Part shown: one piece after another, positions 48,452 to 57,997 of the stretch
Numbering within the stretch: position 1 is the stretch's first letter
Layout of the letters: every line of letters starts with the position of its first letter
Source: an uncultured Ruminococcus sp.
GTDB taxonomy: Bacteria; Bacillota; Clostridia; Oscillospirales; CAG-272
Direction of reading: 5' to 3'
NCBI GenBank assembly: GCA_902782445.1
Contig: CACZNC010000016.1
Location: 13,295 to 77,294 of the forward strand
Length of the DNA stretch: 64,000 bases
Made by a program: the position numbers and the translations under genes
The notes under the pieces: generated by a model
Seen by the model: the letters and a program-made list of their open reading frames with translations, nothing else
Told to the model about the DNA's origin: nothing
Databases searched by the model: none

Positions 48452-48836
48452 ATATGGGGAAGTCAGCCGGTTTCCGCGGGGGAATGAGGTGACGGTTTTA
48501 TGTTATGGTTGTAATGGCTGATTCGGGATATTGTCTCGGTGCGGGATTATCGGGTTTTTGTATGGGATCGCTTCGCTGGAATGGAAGGGACGCGCGTTAC
48601 TGTATCGAAAACCTGTTTTTTCTCCTCGCGCGCTTTGACAGATTCTGACATGACGAGCCTGAGAATGGAGCCAACCTCGCGCGGTCTTCGCACGTGCAGC
48701 CGAAACATGCGCAGACAAGTCTGCGGCCTTGCGGCGGTGATTCAGGCGCGCATTCGGCGTTGGACGCGTGTTCGTGCGGCGGGATCTGTTTGTTCATCCT
48801 CGCGCGGATCAAGAAAGACAATGGTTTTCTTGGCTT

Positions 48837-48852
48837 TGTTTCACGTGAAACA
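48837..48852. promoter_or_regulatory. parS: parS-type 16-mer, perfect TGTTTCACGTGAAACA
   Basis: Exact read; R25, dnaA side of oriC. Confidence 0.65.
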
Positions 48853-49112
48853 ATCGCGGTTTCGGACGGCTGACCCTCATCGTTCCGCTTCTCGTTGTCA
48901 TTCTGAGGAGCCTGCGACGAAGAATCTCCGCACGTGTAGGATGGGTTGGCCTTGAAGTTGGGAGATTCTTCGCTGACAGCACAACTGCGTTGGTGCGCAC
49001 GACTGCGTCGGTGCGTCAGAATGACAAAGTGAGGACGAAACGGGACGTGCGGCGGCCTGTCTGACGGAGAAAAGCAGGATCGTTTCACAGAAACACCGGC
49101 AGAAAAAGGAAT

Positions 49113-49128
49113 TGTTTCACGTGAAACA
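49113..49128. promoter_or_regulatory. parS: parS-type 16-mer, perfect TGTTTCACGTGAAACA
   Basis: Exact read; R25. A decayed remnant CGTTTCACAGAAACA starts at 49081. Confidence 0.65.
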
Positions 49129-49431
49129 TCACCCCAACCGCCCAGACTCTGTCCCCTTTCCATGCGCGCCTGAATCACCGCCGTGAGGCCACGGGACTTG
49201 TCCCGTGCATGTTTCAGTTGCACGAACACAGACCGCGCGGGGAGAACGCCATGTTCCGCCCGTCATGTCTGAATCGGCGGAAGTGCGCGGGGACCGCATC
49301 CTGTTCCGGCTTCCCGTCCGCGCGTCCTGTGCCCACTCCTTTTCCCTCAAATAAAACCGCCATCTTTCCGCCGCGCTCAACCCCGATGCGGAACCACCTC
49401 CGCGCTCGGCCCATACAGAGAATACAAACCT

Positions 49432-51309
49432 TTATCCTCTCCGTATCTCCTTGGATATCTGCGCGACCCTCGCCTCAAACACGGCGTCTGACGCGAGCTC
49501 CGCCTCCACCTTCGCGATGTTCGAATGCACCGTGGAGTGGTCCCGGTAGAAAAATACGCCGATCTGGGGATAGGACGCGCCGGTGACGGTCCGCACCAGG
49601 TACATCGACACGTTCCGGGCGGTCTGGATGTTCTTCTTTCTGTCCTTGCCGAGAATGTCGTCCGGGGTGACGGAGTAGTGGGCCGCCACCTTCGCGATGA
49701 TCCGCGCCACCGTGTCCGTCAGCGGCTCCGTGGATCGGATGTACTCCGGGACGGTCTTCAAAACCATCTCCATCGTGACCGGGTCCCCGGAGATCATGTG
49801 CTTCATGGCGAGCTTCTTCACGACGCCCTCCAGCTGGCGAATGTTCTCCTGCAGGTTCGTGGCGAGGAAGTCGATGACGTCCGTCGGGACTTCCACGTGG
49901 TTCTGGCTGATCTTCTCTTTGAGGATCGCCATGCGGAGCTCGTAGTCCGGCGGCTGGATGTCGACAAGCAGTCCGGCTTCGAAGCGGCTGCGGATCCGGC
50001 TTTCGAGGGAGGTGAGCTCCTTCGGGGGCCTGTCCGAGGTGATGACGATCTGCTTCCTGTCCTCGTAGAGGGCGTCGAAGGTGTGGAAGAATTCGGTCTG
50101 GGTGCTCTCCTTCCCGGCGATGAACTGGATATCGTCGATGAGGAGCATGTCGGCCTTGCGGTATTTGTCGCGGAAGGCCTGGTTCCGGTCCCGCCGGATC
50201 GCCTCGATCATCTGGTTCATGAACTCCTCGCCCTTGACGTAGACGATCTTTAACCCGGGATCCCGCTTCATGGCCCGGTTGGCGATGGCGTACATCAGGT
50301 GGGTCTTGCCGAGGCCCGAGGGACCCCAGATAAAGAGGGGATTGATGGACATGCCCACGTTGTCGGCGACGCTGAGGGCCGCCGCGTGAGCCATCTGATT
50401 GGACCGGCCCACGATGAAGGTCTCGAAGGTGTAGTCGCGGCCGGGACCGTTGAGCAGCCGGTTCTGGAGATCGGGGGAGGAGGGGGGCACGGTCCGGGAG
50501 GGGGTGGGGATGCCGCCGCTGAACCCGGCGTTCTCCCGGCTTGCCGTCTGCCGTCCGTCGTCGGAGGGCGCGGGATTTTCTCTCCCTCCGTCAACTCCGG
50601 CGGGATTTTTGTAAACGGGTCTCGAGGCGGATCCGGGGACGGAGGGCCTGCTTGCGCCGGAAGAGGTCGGGGCTCCCGTGTGCCCCACGATGCGGTAGAC
50701 CGAGGGGGCGCCGATGTTCACGTAATCCGGCTCCCGTTCGGCGTCCTCGTCGGGCCAGCCCGTTCCGTTCCCCTCCGCGGTGGACCGTATGGCGTCGATA
50801 TCCCCCACGCCGGTCTGCCAGCCCTCGTCCCCGTCGTCCTCGCCGTCGTCGTCACGCTCGTCATACTGACGGGAAAGCGGGTCGGGGAGCTGTCCGGGAA
50901 TCCGCAGGCTGTCGCGGTTCCGGGGGAGGGTGAAGGGGACGGAGGGATCCGGGTCCGCCGCGGGATCCGCGTTCTGTCCGCCGGTACGGGGTTTTGGAAG
51001 CACGGCCCCGTCGGCGGTGAGGATGGTGCGGAGGGCGGGGTCGACCGTGACGGCGATCTCCGGCCGGTAGCCGAGGACTTCTTCGAGGGAGTCCGCGATG
51101 AGGTCGGAATAGCGCTCCGATACGATGCCGCACTTCATTTTGGTCTCGCAGGCGAACACGGCCCGTTCCGCGTCCAAAAGCTCCAGCCGCAGCCTGCCGA
51201 ACCAGAGCTGATAGGACTGCTTCGTCCCGGTATACCGTTCCCGCATGACCTCGTCGAGGGCCGCCCGGATCTCGTCCAGCCCGTCGGAGGCCTGTTTTTC
51301 TCTATTCAT
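49432..51309 (-). CDS. dnaA: chromosomal replication initiator protein DnaA (very long domain II)
   Basis: 625 aa. Domain I, a ~195-aa P/G/D-rich linker, AAA+ NPLFIWGPSGLGKTHLMYAI, and domain IV ...RKKNIQTARNVSMYLVR...SYPQIGVFFYRDHSTVH. Confidence 0.97.
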   Translation of the reverse strand: MNREKQASDGLDEIRAALDEVMRERYTGTKQSYQLWFGRLRLELLDAERAVFACETKMKCGIVSERYSDLIADSLEEVLGYRPEIAVTVDPALRTILTADGAVLPKPRTGGQNADPAADPDPSVPFTLPRNRDSLRIPGQLPDPLSRQYDERDDDGEDDGDEGWQTGVGDIDAIRSTAEGNGTGWPDEDAEREPDYVNIGAPSVYRIVGHTGAPTSSGASRPSVPGSASRPVYKNPAGVDGGRENPAPSDDGRQTASRENAGFSGGIPTPSRTVPPSSPDLQNRLLNGPGRDYTFETFIVGRSNQMAHAAALSVADNVGMSINPLFIWGPSGLGKTHLMYAIANRAMKRDPGLKIVYVKGEEFMNQMIEAIRRDRNQAFRDKYRKADMLLIDDIQFIAGKESTQTEFFHTFDALYEDRKQIVITSDRPPKELTSLESRIRSRFEAGLLVDIQPPDYELRMAILKEKISQNHVEVPTDVIDFLATNLQENIRQLEGVVKKLAMKHMISGDPVTMEMVLKTVPEYIRSTEPLTDTVARIIAKVAAHYSVTPDDILGKDRKKNIQTARNVSMYLVRTVTGASYPQIGVFFYRDHSTVHSNIAKVEAELASDAVFEARVAQISKEIRRG

Positions 51310-51355
51310 GAACCGTTCTCCGGTGGTTTTTTACATTATAATTATATACCGGTCA

Positions 51356-51384
51356 ATTATACCACAAAACGGTCTGAATGTCAA
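51356..51384 (-). promoter_or_regulatory. sigma-A-type promoter of dnaA
   Basis: Minus strand TTGACA (51379-51384), 17 nt, TGgTATAAT (-10 at 51356-51361). About 40 nt upstream of the dnaA ATG. Confidence 0.6.
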
Positions 51385-51469
51385 GAGGATAAAAGAATTT
51401 GAACGGGGAAGGAAGGAAGAAAATTAGATAAATTATTAGCGGGATATTAGTGAAATTCACATGATAGGA

Positions 51470-51904
51470 GTGGCTAGTGGTTAGTAGAACCGTCAGCATG
51501 AAATGAGGAATGAGGAGTGAAATTCAGAATTCAGAATTAAGAATTGTTTCACGTGAAACATCATGTCTTCCCCCGCACATTGTCCCCTTTCCATGCGCGC
51601 CTGAATCTCTGCCGGAGGCCGCAGGATTTATCCTGCGCATGTTTCGGCTGCACTTCGGCGATCAAGCCGGGTTGGCTCCATGTTCCGGCTCGTCAAATCC
51701 GCAATCGGTATAAGCGCGCGAAGAGCGTGAAGCGGTTTTTGATACAGAACCGCGCGTCCTATCCATTCCAGCGAAGCGCTCCCATATAAAAAACTATAAT
51801 CCCGCACCCCACCCCATCCCGCCGCGGACAACAAAAAAATCCCTCCCCACAGAAGATCCCCGTGAGGAGGAACGGTTATCGGCGATCAGCAGTCCCGGAA
51901 AGAT
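51470..51904. repeat. R26 mosaic element: arm - parS - F(+)
   Basis: Starts about 90 bp upstream of the dnaA promoter and ends at the SBP stop. Confidence 0.8.
51545..51560. promoter_or_regulatory. parS: parS-type 16-mer, perfect TGTTTCACGTGAAACA
   Basis: Exact read; R26. Confidence 0.65.
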
Positions 51905-53401
51905 TTACGGCAGATTCTTATAACTCTCGATGGCCTTGTCGAGCTTCTTGACCAGGAGCTTTTCGTTTTTCGCCCACCAGCTGGCGAAGGCGCCTTCGTT
52001 GGAGGAACCGAACACGGCGTTGGTGTACACGGATCCGGTGCCGAGGGCCTTGTCCGCCATCATGATGAACGGGCTGTTGATGTGGTTGTAGATGATGTCG
52101 ACCATCTGGCTGTCGATGTTCGCGTCGGCGTACTTGATCTTCAGGGCGGTCTCGTACCAGGCGGGGACGACCCGGCGGTAGGACTCCGCGCAGAGGGCTT
52201 CGACGGAGGCGGTGGAGGCGGAGATCCGCTCGGGGTTGGCGGCCACGGGGATCCCCACTCCGCATCCGTTGGCGGTGGCGGCTCCGCAGAGGTAGTCGAG
52301 CCCTTCTTCGAGCTTCGGGTAGGGCAGGATGCCGTATTCGAAGGACACGTCGCGGAGCGTCATGGCGGTGTCGAACATGCCGGGGTAGAAGAGGGAGGTG
52401 CCGGCCCGGAAGGTGTCCGCCTTGGAGCCCAGCATGGAGATATTGTCGGTGTAGAGGAGCTTGTAGAGGGTCTCGCCCCAGCGGATGCCGTTCTCGTTGT
52501 AGATGTCGAGGATCGGGAAGCCTTCCTCGTCCCGGAGAACGTAGGTCAGGCCGGTGGACATGGACATGTAGTTCGGGATGCCCCACTGCTCGAAGCGGAA
52601 GCCCATGATGTCCGCGTCGTCCGCCGATCCGTTGCCGTTGACGTCGGTGTAGACCCCGCGGCAGTAGTCGGCGAATTTGTCGTAGGTCCAGGTCCCGTCG
52701 AGGACCGCGTCGTAGAGCTGGTTCGGGTCGCCGAAGTAGTCAATGAACAGGGGCTTGTTGTAGTACATGGCGGAGGCGCCGAAGAAGACGGTCAGGCAGA
52801 TATCGCCGTTGAGGAAATACCGCTTGGTGTTGTCAAACTGGCTCTCGGCCATCATGTCCCGGTACCACCAGGGCTGTTCCAGATTCACGTTGTCGAGGGT
52901 GAGCCAGTCGTAGTAGTAGCCCTGGATGGACTGGGAGAAGAGCTGGGAGGACTCCTCCATGATGAGGTCGTAGTCATCGGTCCCGGCCTGCAGGAACTGG
53001 GAGACCTCGCCGGGGAATCCGCCCCAGTCGGCCGATCCGGCGATGAAATTGAACTTGACGTTCAGCCGGTCCTCCACGGTGATGTTCCGGTTGTAGACGG
53101 CGTCGAGGACCACGTCGCCGTTGAGCTCGCCGAGGGCGTCGTACTTCTGGCAGTTTTCGAGGCCGAAGGTGAGGATGTTGAGGGTCGTTCCGGCGAAATC
53201 CAGGTCGGGGGAGAGGGTGTCGGGGTAGTTGGCCCGGGTGATCTCGGTCTCCTCGGGCTCGTCGGCCGTCGGATTATCGGAGGAATTCGTCCCCGCGGGA
53301 TTTGCGGGATCGTTCTGCGTGCCCGTCTCGCTGCATCCGGCGAGGGAGAAGCAGGAAGCGGTCAGCAGAAGCGCGAGGAATGCGGTGATGAGGCGTTTCA
53401 T
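51905..53401 (-). CDS. extracellular solute-binding lipoprotein (ABC transporter substrate-binding protein), orphan
   Basis: Lipobox MKRLITAFLALLLTASCFSLAGC. 498-aa family-1 SBP-like sequence. No permease or ATPase genes adjacent. Confidence 0.8.
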   Translation of the reverse strand: MKRLITAFLALLLTASCFSLAGCSETGTQNDPANPAGTNSSDNPTADEPEETEITRANYPDTLSPDLDFAGTTLNILTFGLENCQKYDALGELNGDVVLDAVYNRNITVEDRLNVKFNFIAGSADWGGFPGEVSQFLQAGTDDYDLIMEESSQLFSQSIQGYYYDWLTLDNVNLEQPWWYRDMMAESQFDNTKRYFLNGDICLTVFFGASAMYYNKPLFIDYFGDPNQLYDAVLDGTWTYDKFADYCRGVYTDVNGNGSADDADIMGFRFEQWGIPNYMSMSTGLTYVLRDEEGFPILDIYNENGIRWGETLYKLLYTDNISMLGSKADTFRAGTSLFYPGMFDTAMTLRDVSFEYGILPYPKLEEGLDYLCGAATANGCGVGIPVAANPERISASTASVEALCAESYRRVVPAWYETALKIKYADANIDSQMVDIIYNHINSPFIMMADKALGTGSVYTNAVFGSSNEGAFASWWAKNEKLLVKKLDKAIESYKNLP

Positions 53402-53832
53402 GAAAAAGTCCTTTCGTTATATTCGGAGAGTGCCGTATAGGAATATTATAGCGGAAAAATCGGCTGAATGTGTGGATTTTTTGTAACAATGAGCGGGAGG
53501 AGGGAGGATCTGCGGCGGGATGACGTGCGGGGCTTTCGTTTTATTTGATGGGAGCGCTTCGGTCCGGTTCGGGATGACGTGCGGTGCAGGATTATCGGTT
53601 TTTATATGGGAGCGCTTCGCTGGGATGGAAGGGGACGCGCGTTTCTGTATCGAAAAACGGTTCACTGTCTTCGCGCGCTTTTGAAGATTGCGGACGGAAC
53701 GAGCCGGAACATGGAGCCAACCCGGCTTGATCGCCGAAGTACGGTTGAACCCGTGCGCAGAACAAGTTCTGCGGCCTCCGGCAGAGATTCAGGCGCGCAT
53801 GTAAAGGGGACAATGTGCGGAGGAAGACGTGA

Positions 53833-53848
53833 TGTTTCACGTGAAACA
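53833..53848. promoter_or_regulatory. parS: parS-type 16-mer, perfect TGTTTCACGTGAAACA
   Basis: Exact read; R27. Confidence 0.65.
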
Positions 53849-54132
53849 ATCGTGATTTCGTTCTGTTTCTCCCGAAACGATTCTTCATTCCGTGCGGCTG
53901 ACCCCGTCGTTTCGCTTCTCTTTGTCATTCTGAGGAGCCTGCGACGAAGAATCTCCGCACGTGGAGGATGGGTTGGCCCTGAAGCTGGGAGATTCTTCAC
54001 TGATAGCACGACTGCGTCGGTGCGCACGACTGCGTTGGTGCGTCAGAATGACAAGCTGGGGGCGGGATGGGACGTGCAGCGGCAGATTTGACGGAAAAAG
54101 CCTGCGGAAATTCCGACGCACGAAAACCATTC

Positions 54133-54148
54133 TGTTTCACGTGAAACA
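54133..54148. promoter_or_regulatory. parS: parS-type 16-mer, perfect TGTTTCACGTGAAACA
   Basis: Exact read; R27. Confidence 0.65.
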
Positions 54149-54193
54149 AAAAACCCCGCCCGGGCGGACGAAAAATCCACCCCGGACGGTCGA

Positions 54194-54209
54194 AGTTTCA
54201 CGTGAAACA
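54194..54209. promoter_or_regulatory. parS: parS-like variant AGTTTCACGTGAAACA (1 mismatch)
   Basis: Exact read; R27. Confidence 0.5.
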
Positions 54210-54309
54210 ATTCTTAATTCATCATTCTGAATTCTGAATTTTTAACTCATTCCTCCCTCCTCATTCCTAATTCCCAACGGTTCTACTAACCACTAGCCGC
54301 TAACCACTT

Positions 54310-57120
54310 TTATCTCCTGGCTACTCTTACGATTCCGCAAGTAATATCGTCCTTCCTGCCTCTCTGCGCGGCCTCTCCGACTACCGCGGCGGCGGCGGAT
54401 CTTTCGTCTCCGCGCAGGATCCCTTCGTCGGAGGAGAGGAGGTCCAATAGCCACGGATCCTCGTCGTAGGATCGCGCGGCTCCGTCCGACACCATGACGA
54501 CCGTATCGCCTGCCCGCACGTCGAAACGGATCATTTCGGCGTCCAGCGCGCGCAGTATCCCGACAGGGACGGTTTTCGACTGCAGGCGGAATATACTGCC
54601 GTCCCGGAGGACGAAGGACGGAGCCGCGCCGCTCTTCACGAACCGCGCTTCTCCCGTGTAAAGGTCGATCTCCGCGACGTCCACAGTGGCCGAGCACTCC
54701 CTCCCCGTCGCCCGGAGGACCCGGTTCAGGATCCTGAGGGCTGTTTCCGTCCCGGCCCCGGCGGTGATGAGGCGTTCCAGCAGGGAGACTGCCATCCCGG
54801 CGGAGAGCGCGGCCTCCCTTCCGCTGCCCATGCCGTCGGAGAGGATCATGTACTGTTTTCCCCCGGCCTCGAAATCCGTGATGACGTCCCCCGAGATCTC
54901 CCCGGGCTCTTCGTCCGTGAGGGTGACGCGGGGCTTTTCCCCGGAGGCTTCCGTTTCTGTTTCTCCCGTTTTTTCCGGATCCGGTTCACCGGAGTCTGCA
55001 CCGCAGCCGCGTGATTCGCACCAGTACTTATGTACGCTCGATGCCGCGCATGAAAAGGAGCCGGTTTTGCAGGAGAAGACGGAGACGGAGCGCATCCGCA
55101 TCCAGACGGTGGGGCCGTCGATTTCGAATTCGGGGGCGGATAAGGGCTGGCGGACGGAGCTCTCGAACAGTCGCCGGATGTCGTCCGCGCCCATCCGGGT
55201 GGAGAGCAGATCCACCCCGCCCACGAGGATCCTTCTCTCCCGGGACCCCCAGACCCGCACGGACTCCGCGCCGAATCCGCTCTGGGACAGGAGGCGCCGC
55301 AGCTTCTTTTCCGCGTCTGGATCCTCCCGGAAGGCGTCCCTGCCGGACCGGGCGGCGGAGGAGAGCAGTTCCCCGGCCAGTTCCCAGTCCGAGGCGGCGG
55401 AGGAGAGGGGGTCTTCCCGTCCGGGGGAGACGAGCTTTTCCCCGGCCTCCCGGTTCACGTCGTCGAGGATCCCGCCCATCTCGGGGCAGCGGGAGGCGAG
55501 GGAGGGGGGGATCAGGGCGGAGGACACGGATCCCCGGCGGGCGAGGGAGTCCGTCATGGCGCGGATGAGGGGCTCGGTCCGGGAGAGGCGTTTCCGGCGG
55601 CATTCCTCCCGTCCGGAACAGCGGGAACAGCGGTTCTCGAAACACCGTTCCACCGCGGCCCTCAGTTCCGCCGGCGCGGGCTTCGAGAGGCGGGAAGCCA
55701 GTCCCCGGAGCAGGGCCGAGACGGAGAGCAGCCCTTCCGAGAGGGAATCCACCCGGTTTTCGGTGCGTCCCGCCCGGATCTCGGTCCCGTAGGCGTCCCC
55801 CGTCCGTCCGAAGCGGGCCGTCCCCGCCGGATTTTCGGAGAGGCCGAAGAGATCCCGGGGGGTTTTCAAAAGATCCCCGCGGAACAGGGGCACGAGGACC
55901 GCGCAGGTCACCGCCGCCGGGGGGAGGACCCGCGTGAACCCGTCCACCCCGCCCGTGAAGATCCCCCAGGCCACGGAGACCACCCCCGCCCCCACAACAG
56001 GGAAGACGGAGGGCAGCCGCAGCGCGTCGAGAAGGGCGTAAGCGGCCGCGGAAAGGGGGTACATAGGCGCAAGCACGGGAACGGTGACGACCCCGCAGCA
56101 GAGACCCGCCAGCGCGCCCCTGTGCCATCCGTGGTCCCGGGCCAGCAGGAGGGAGGCGGAGAGGGTGAAGAACGCCCCGACGTCGAAGAGCGTCTTCCGC
56201 CTCAGTACCGCCCCCTCCCCCGTGAGAGCCTCGATCGTCCCCGACGCCCTCAGAGGCAGGGCGAAGAGGGAGGAGGAGATCTCCGTCAGAGCCATGGCCG
56301 TCACCGCCAGCACGGCGAGGACCCCGAACTCCCGGAAGAAGGAGACGCGCATATTCCGCTCCGACGCCGCATAGAACAGATATGTAAAGAGGGGCGTCAC
56401 CAGAACGGAGAAAACAGCACCGAACAGGTCCACGGTTTCATACCCGCCCGCCACGACCGACCATGCTCCGGCGAACAGTGCTGCGCAGGCGGAAAGCGCC
56501 ATGCGGATCCGAATATGCTCCCGGAGCACGGTCCCGACGTTCATCTTCCCCGACCCGGGGACATCTCCTCCCTGGGTCACGGCGAGTGGGGAGCGGGAGG
56601 GATCGGTCGCGGCGGGGGCGGAATACCGGGACTGCCTGCCCTCGTCCGCCTCATCCAGCAGAAGGGAGATAAACCGCCGGAGTTTCGGCAGAAGTGTGGA
56701 GAAGAGCGGTCCGCCGTCCTCCGGTTTCCCGCGGGATCTCGGGCGGGACGAGGATTCGGCGAGCCAGCGGGACAGGACGAGCCGGAGCACGAAGAGGGAG
56801 GCGAACGCGAGGGCGTAGACCCCCCCGACCGCCGGGATGCGCGCGGATCCGACGAGGGACCCGAGGGTGACGGACACCGCGGAGAGGACGCCCCCCGCCG
56901 ACGCCGCCAGCGCGATGCCGAAGGGATAGGTCCCGGGGAAGGCGCGGGTCCCTGCGAAGAGGAGGGCGGCGAAGAAGCAGAGGAGGGCGAGGGCGATCCG
57001 CTTCCCCCGGACGGCGTTTTTCGCCGAAGCGCGGAGGGGGATCTTCGCGGCGCCGCCCCTGCCTTCACCGGCCCGATCCGCTTTCCCCGCGGCGTTTTTC
57101 GTTTTGATGCGTTCCTGCAT
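54310..57120 (-). CDS. spoIIE: stage II sporulation protein E (PP2C phosphatase with a polytopic N-terminus)
   Basis: 936 aa. About 10 TM segments, then a PP2C domain ISGDVITDFEAGGKQYMILSDGMGSGREAA...VKSGAAPSFVLRDG...VVMVSDG. Confidence 0.9.
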   Translation of the reverse strand: MQERIKTKNAAGKADRAGEGRGGAAKIPLRASAKNAVRGKRIALALLCFFAALLFAGTRAFPGTYPFGIALAASAGGVLSAVSVTLGSLVGSARIPAVGGVYALAFASLFVLRLVLSRWLAESSSRPRSRGKPEDGGPLFSTLLPKLRRFISLLLDEADEGRQSRYSAPAATDPSRSPLAVTQGGDVPGSGKMNVGTVLREHIRIRMALSACAALFAGAWSVVAGGYETVDLFGAVFSVLVTPLFTYLFYAASERNMRVSFFREFGVLAVLAVTAMALTEISSSLFALPLRASGTIEALTGEGAVLRRKTLFDVGAFFTLSASLLLARDHGWHRGALAGLCCGVVTVPVLAPMYPLSAAAYALLDALRLPSVFPVVGAGVVSVAWGIFTGGVDGFTRVLPPAAVTCAVLVPLFRGDLLKTPRDLFGLSENPAGTARFGRTGDAYGTEIRAGRTENRVDSLSEGLLSVSALLRGLASRLSKPAPAELRAAVERCFENRCSRCSGREECRRKRLSRTEPLIRAMTDSLARRGSVSSALIPPSLASRCPEMGGILDDVNREAGEKLVSPGREDPLSSAASDWELAGELLSSAARSGRDAFREDPDAEKKLRRLLSQSGFGAESVRVWGSRERRILVGGVDLLSTRMGADDIRRLFESSVRQPLSAPEFEIDGPTVWMRMRSVSVFSCKTGSFSCAASSVHKYWCESRGCGADSGEPDPEKTGETETEASGEKPRVTLTDEEPGEISGDVITDFEAGGKQYMILSDGMGSGREAALSAGMAVSLLERLITAGAGTETALRILNRVLRATGRECSATVDVAEIDLYTGEARFVKSGAAPSFVLRDGSIFRLQSKTVPVGILRALDAEMIRFDVRAGDTVVMVSDGAARSYDEDPWLLDLLSSDEGILRGDERSAAAAVVGEAAQRGRKDDITCGIVRVARR

Positions 57121-57440
57121 GACGGATTTGGAAGACCTCCGATTCAGACGTTGAGGGACGGAGAGTCCGCTTTGATCCGTTTTCCCGGCTGATGCGCACT
57201 CGCCGGGGGAGGGATCTCCGTCCGTGCCCCGATTATACAGGTCCGCCCCGGCGAAACCGGTCGCACCGCGCGGGGGGAAGGAGGTCGGAAAACCGCCGAA
57301 AGGAACGGGGAACCCCGACGCGCCCCGGACCGTCCCATTTCCGGGAAGAATCGGAACGATGCGTGCGGGGGAATGGAAGAGGGAATAGGAGTTGGGAGCG
57401 GGTAGTGGTTAGTGGCTAGTAGACGAGTGAGGAGTGATTA

Positions 57441-57456
57441 TGTTTCACGTGAAACA
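57441..57456. promoter_or_regulatory. parS: parS-type 16-mer, perfect TGTTTCACGTGAAACA
   Basis: Exact read; R28. Confidence 0.65.
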
Positions 57457-57661
57457 ATCGTGGTTTCGTTCTGCTTTTCCTGAAACGATTCTTCATTCAG
57501 GCCGGAAACCCGTCCGTCGCCGCTTTACTGTGTCATTCTGAGGAGCCTGCGACGAAGAATCTCCGCACGTGGAGGCCTTGAAGCTGGGAGATTCTTCGCT
57601 CCGCTCAGAATGACAACGTGGAGGCGGAATGGAACGTGCATCTGCCGAAATTTCAGATGCA

Positions 57662-57677
57662 TGTTTCACGTGAAACA
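57662..57677. promoter_or_regulatory. parS: parS-type 16-mer, perfect TGTTTCACGTGAAACA
   Basis: Exact read; R28. Confidence 0.65.
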
Positions 57678-57997
57678 TTATCCCGATCACCCGCACTCTG
57701 TCCCTTTTCAATGCGCGCCTGAATCACTGCATGTTTCAGCCATCCGAACACAGACCGCGCGAGGTTGACGCCATGTTTCGCTCGTCATTCCTGAATCTGT
57801 CAAAGCACGCGAAGATGCGGAACCGGTTTTCGATGCAAGCCCGCGCGCCCGACGCCGACTCCTTTTCCCTCAAATCACCCCGAAAATCCCCCGCAAAACT
57901 CCCCCCGGCTCCCCACTCCTCACTATTCCCCCTCCCCCCAAAAAAATCTCCGGCCATACCCTCAACGGAGTACGGCCGGACGGTCGGATCTTCTTTT

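Larger units (their letters stand above)
47690..48470. other. oriC: oriC core in the dnaA-dnaN spacer: DnaA-box cluster plus AT-rich candidate unwinding region
   Basis: Five 9-mers matching TTATCCACA at 7-8 of 9 positions, plus weaker ones (48054 TTTTCCACT, 48339 GGTGGAAAG). Many CCGG-TTTTCC reiterations between 47900 and 48420. AT-rich stretches at 47700-47760 and 47841-47870 on the dnaN side, matching the Firmicute layout of boxes then DUE then dnaN. Confidence 0.75.
48500..49431. repeat. R25 full composite: F(-) - parS - E(+) - parS - F(+), flanks oriC on the dnaA side
   Basis: Same plan as R24. Ends at the dnaA stop. Confidence 0.85.
53402..54309. repeat. R27 composite: F(-) - parS - E(+) - parS - 45-bp spacer - parS variant - arm
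   Basis: Three hubs. The F(-) distal sub-unit is duplicated as in R24. Confidence 0.8.
57385..57997. repeat. R28 mosaic element: arm - parS - E(+) - parS - F(+)
   Basis: Between the spoIIE upstream region and the hydrolase stop. Confidence 0.8.

Noticed and set aside
49081-49095. CGTTTCACAGAAACA as an additional parS site.
   Set aside because: It has lost the central CACGTG core and one base of spacing. I counted it as a decayed remnant, not a site.
49880-49900. TTCCACGTGG inside dnaA, and other CACGTG cores inside CDSs or at E-module apices (…CCGCACGTGGAGG…).
   Set aside because: Only the 6-bp core matches and the flanking half-sites do not fit the parS consensus.
51310-51470. A second DnaA-box cluster upstream of dnaA (Bacillus incA/B-like).
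   Set aside because: Only a poor match (TTATACCACA) overlaps the dnaA promoter. No 8/9 or 9/9 boxes were found in the ~160 bp of unique sequence.
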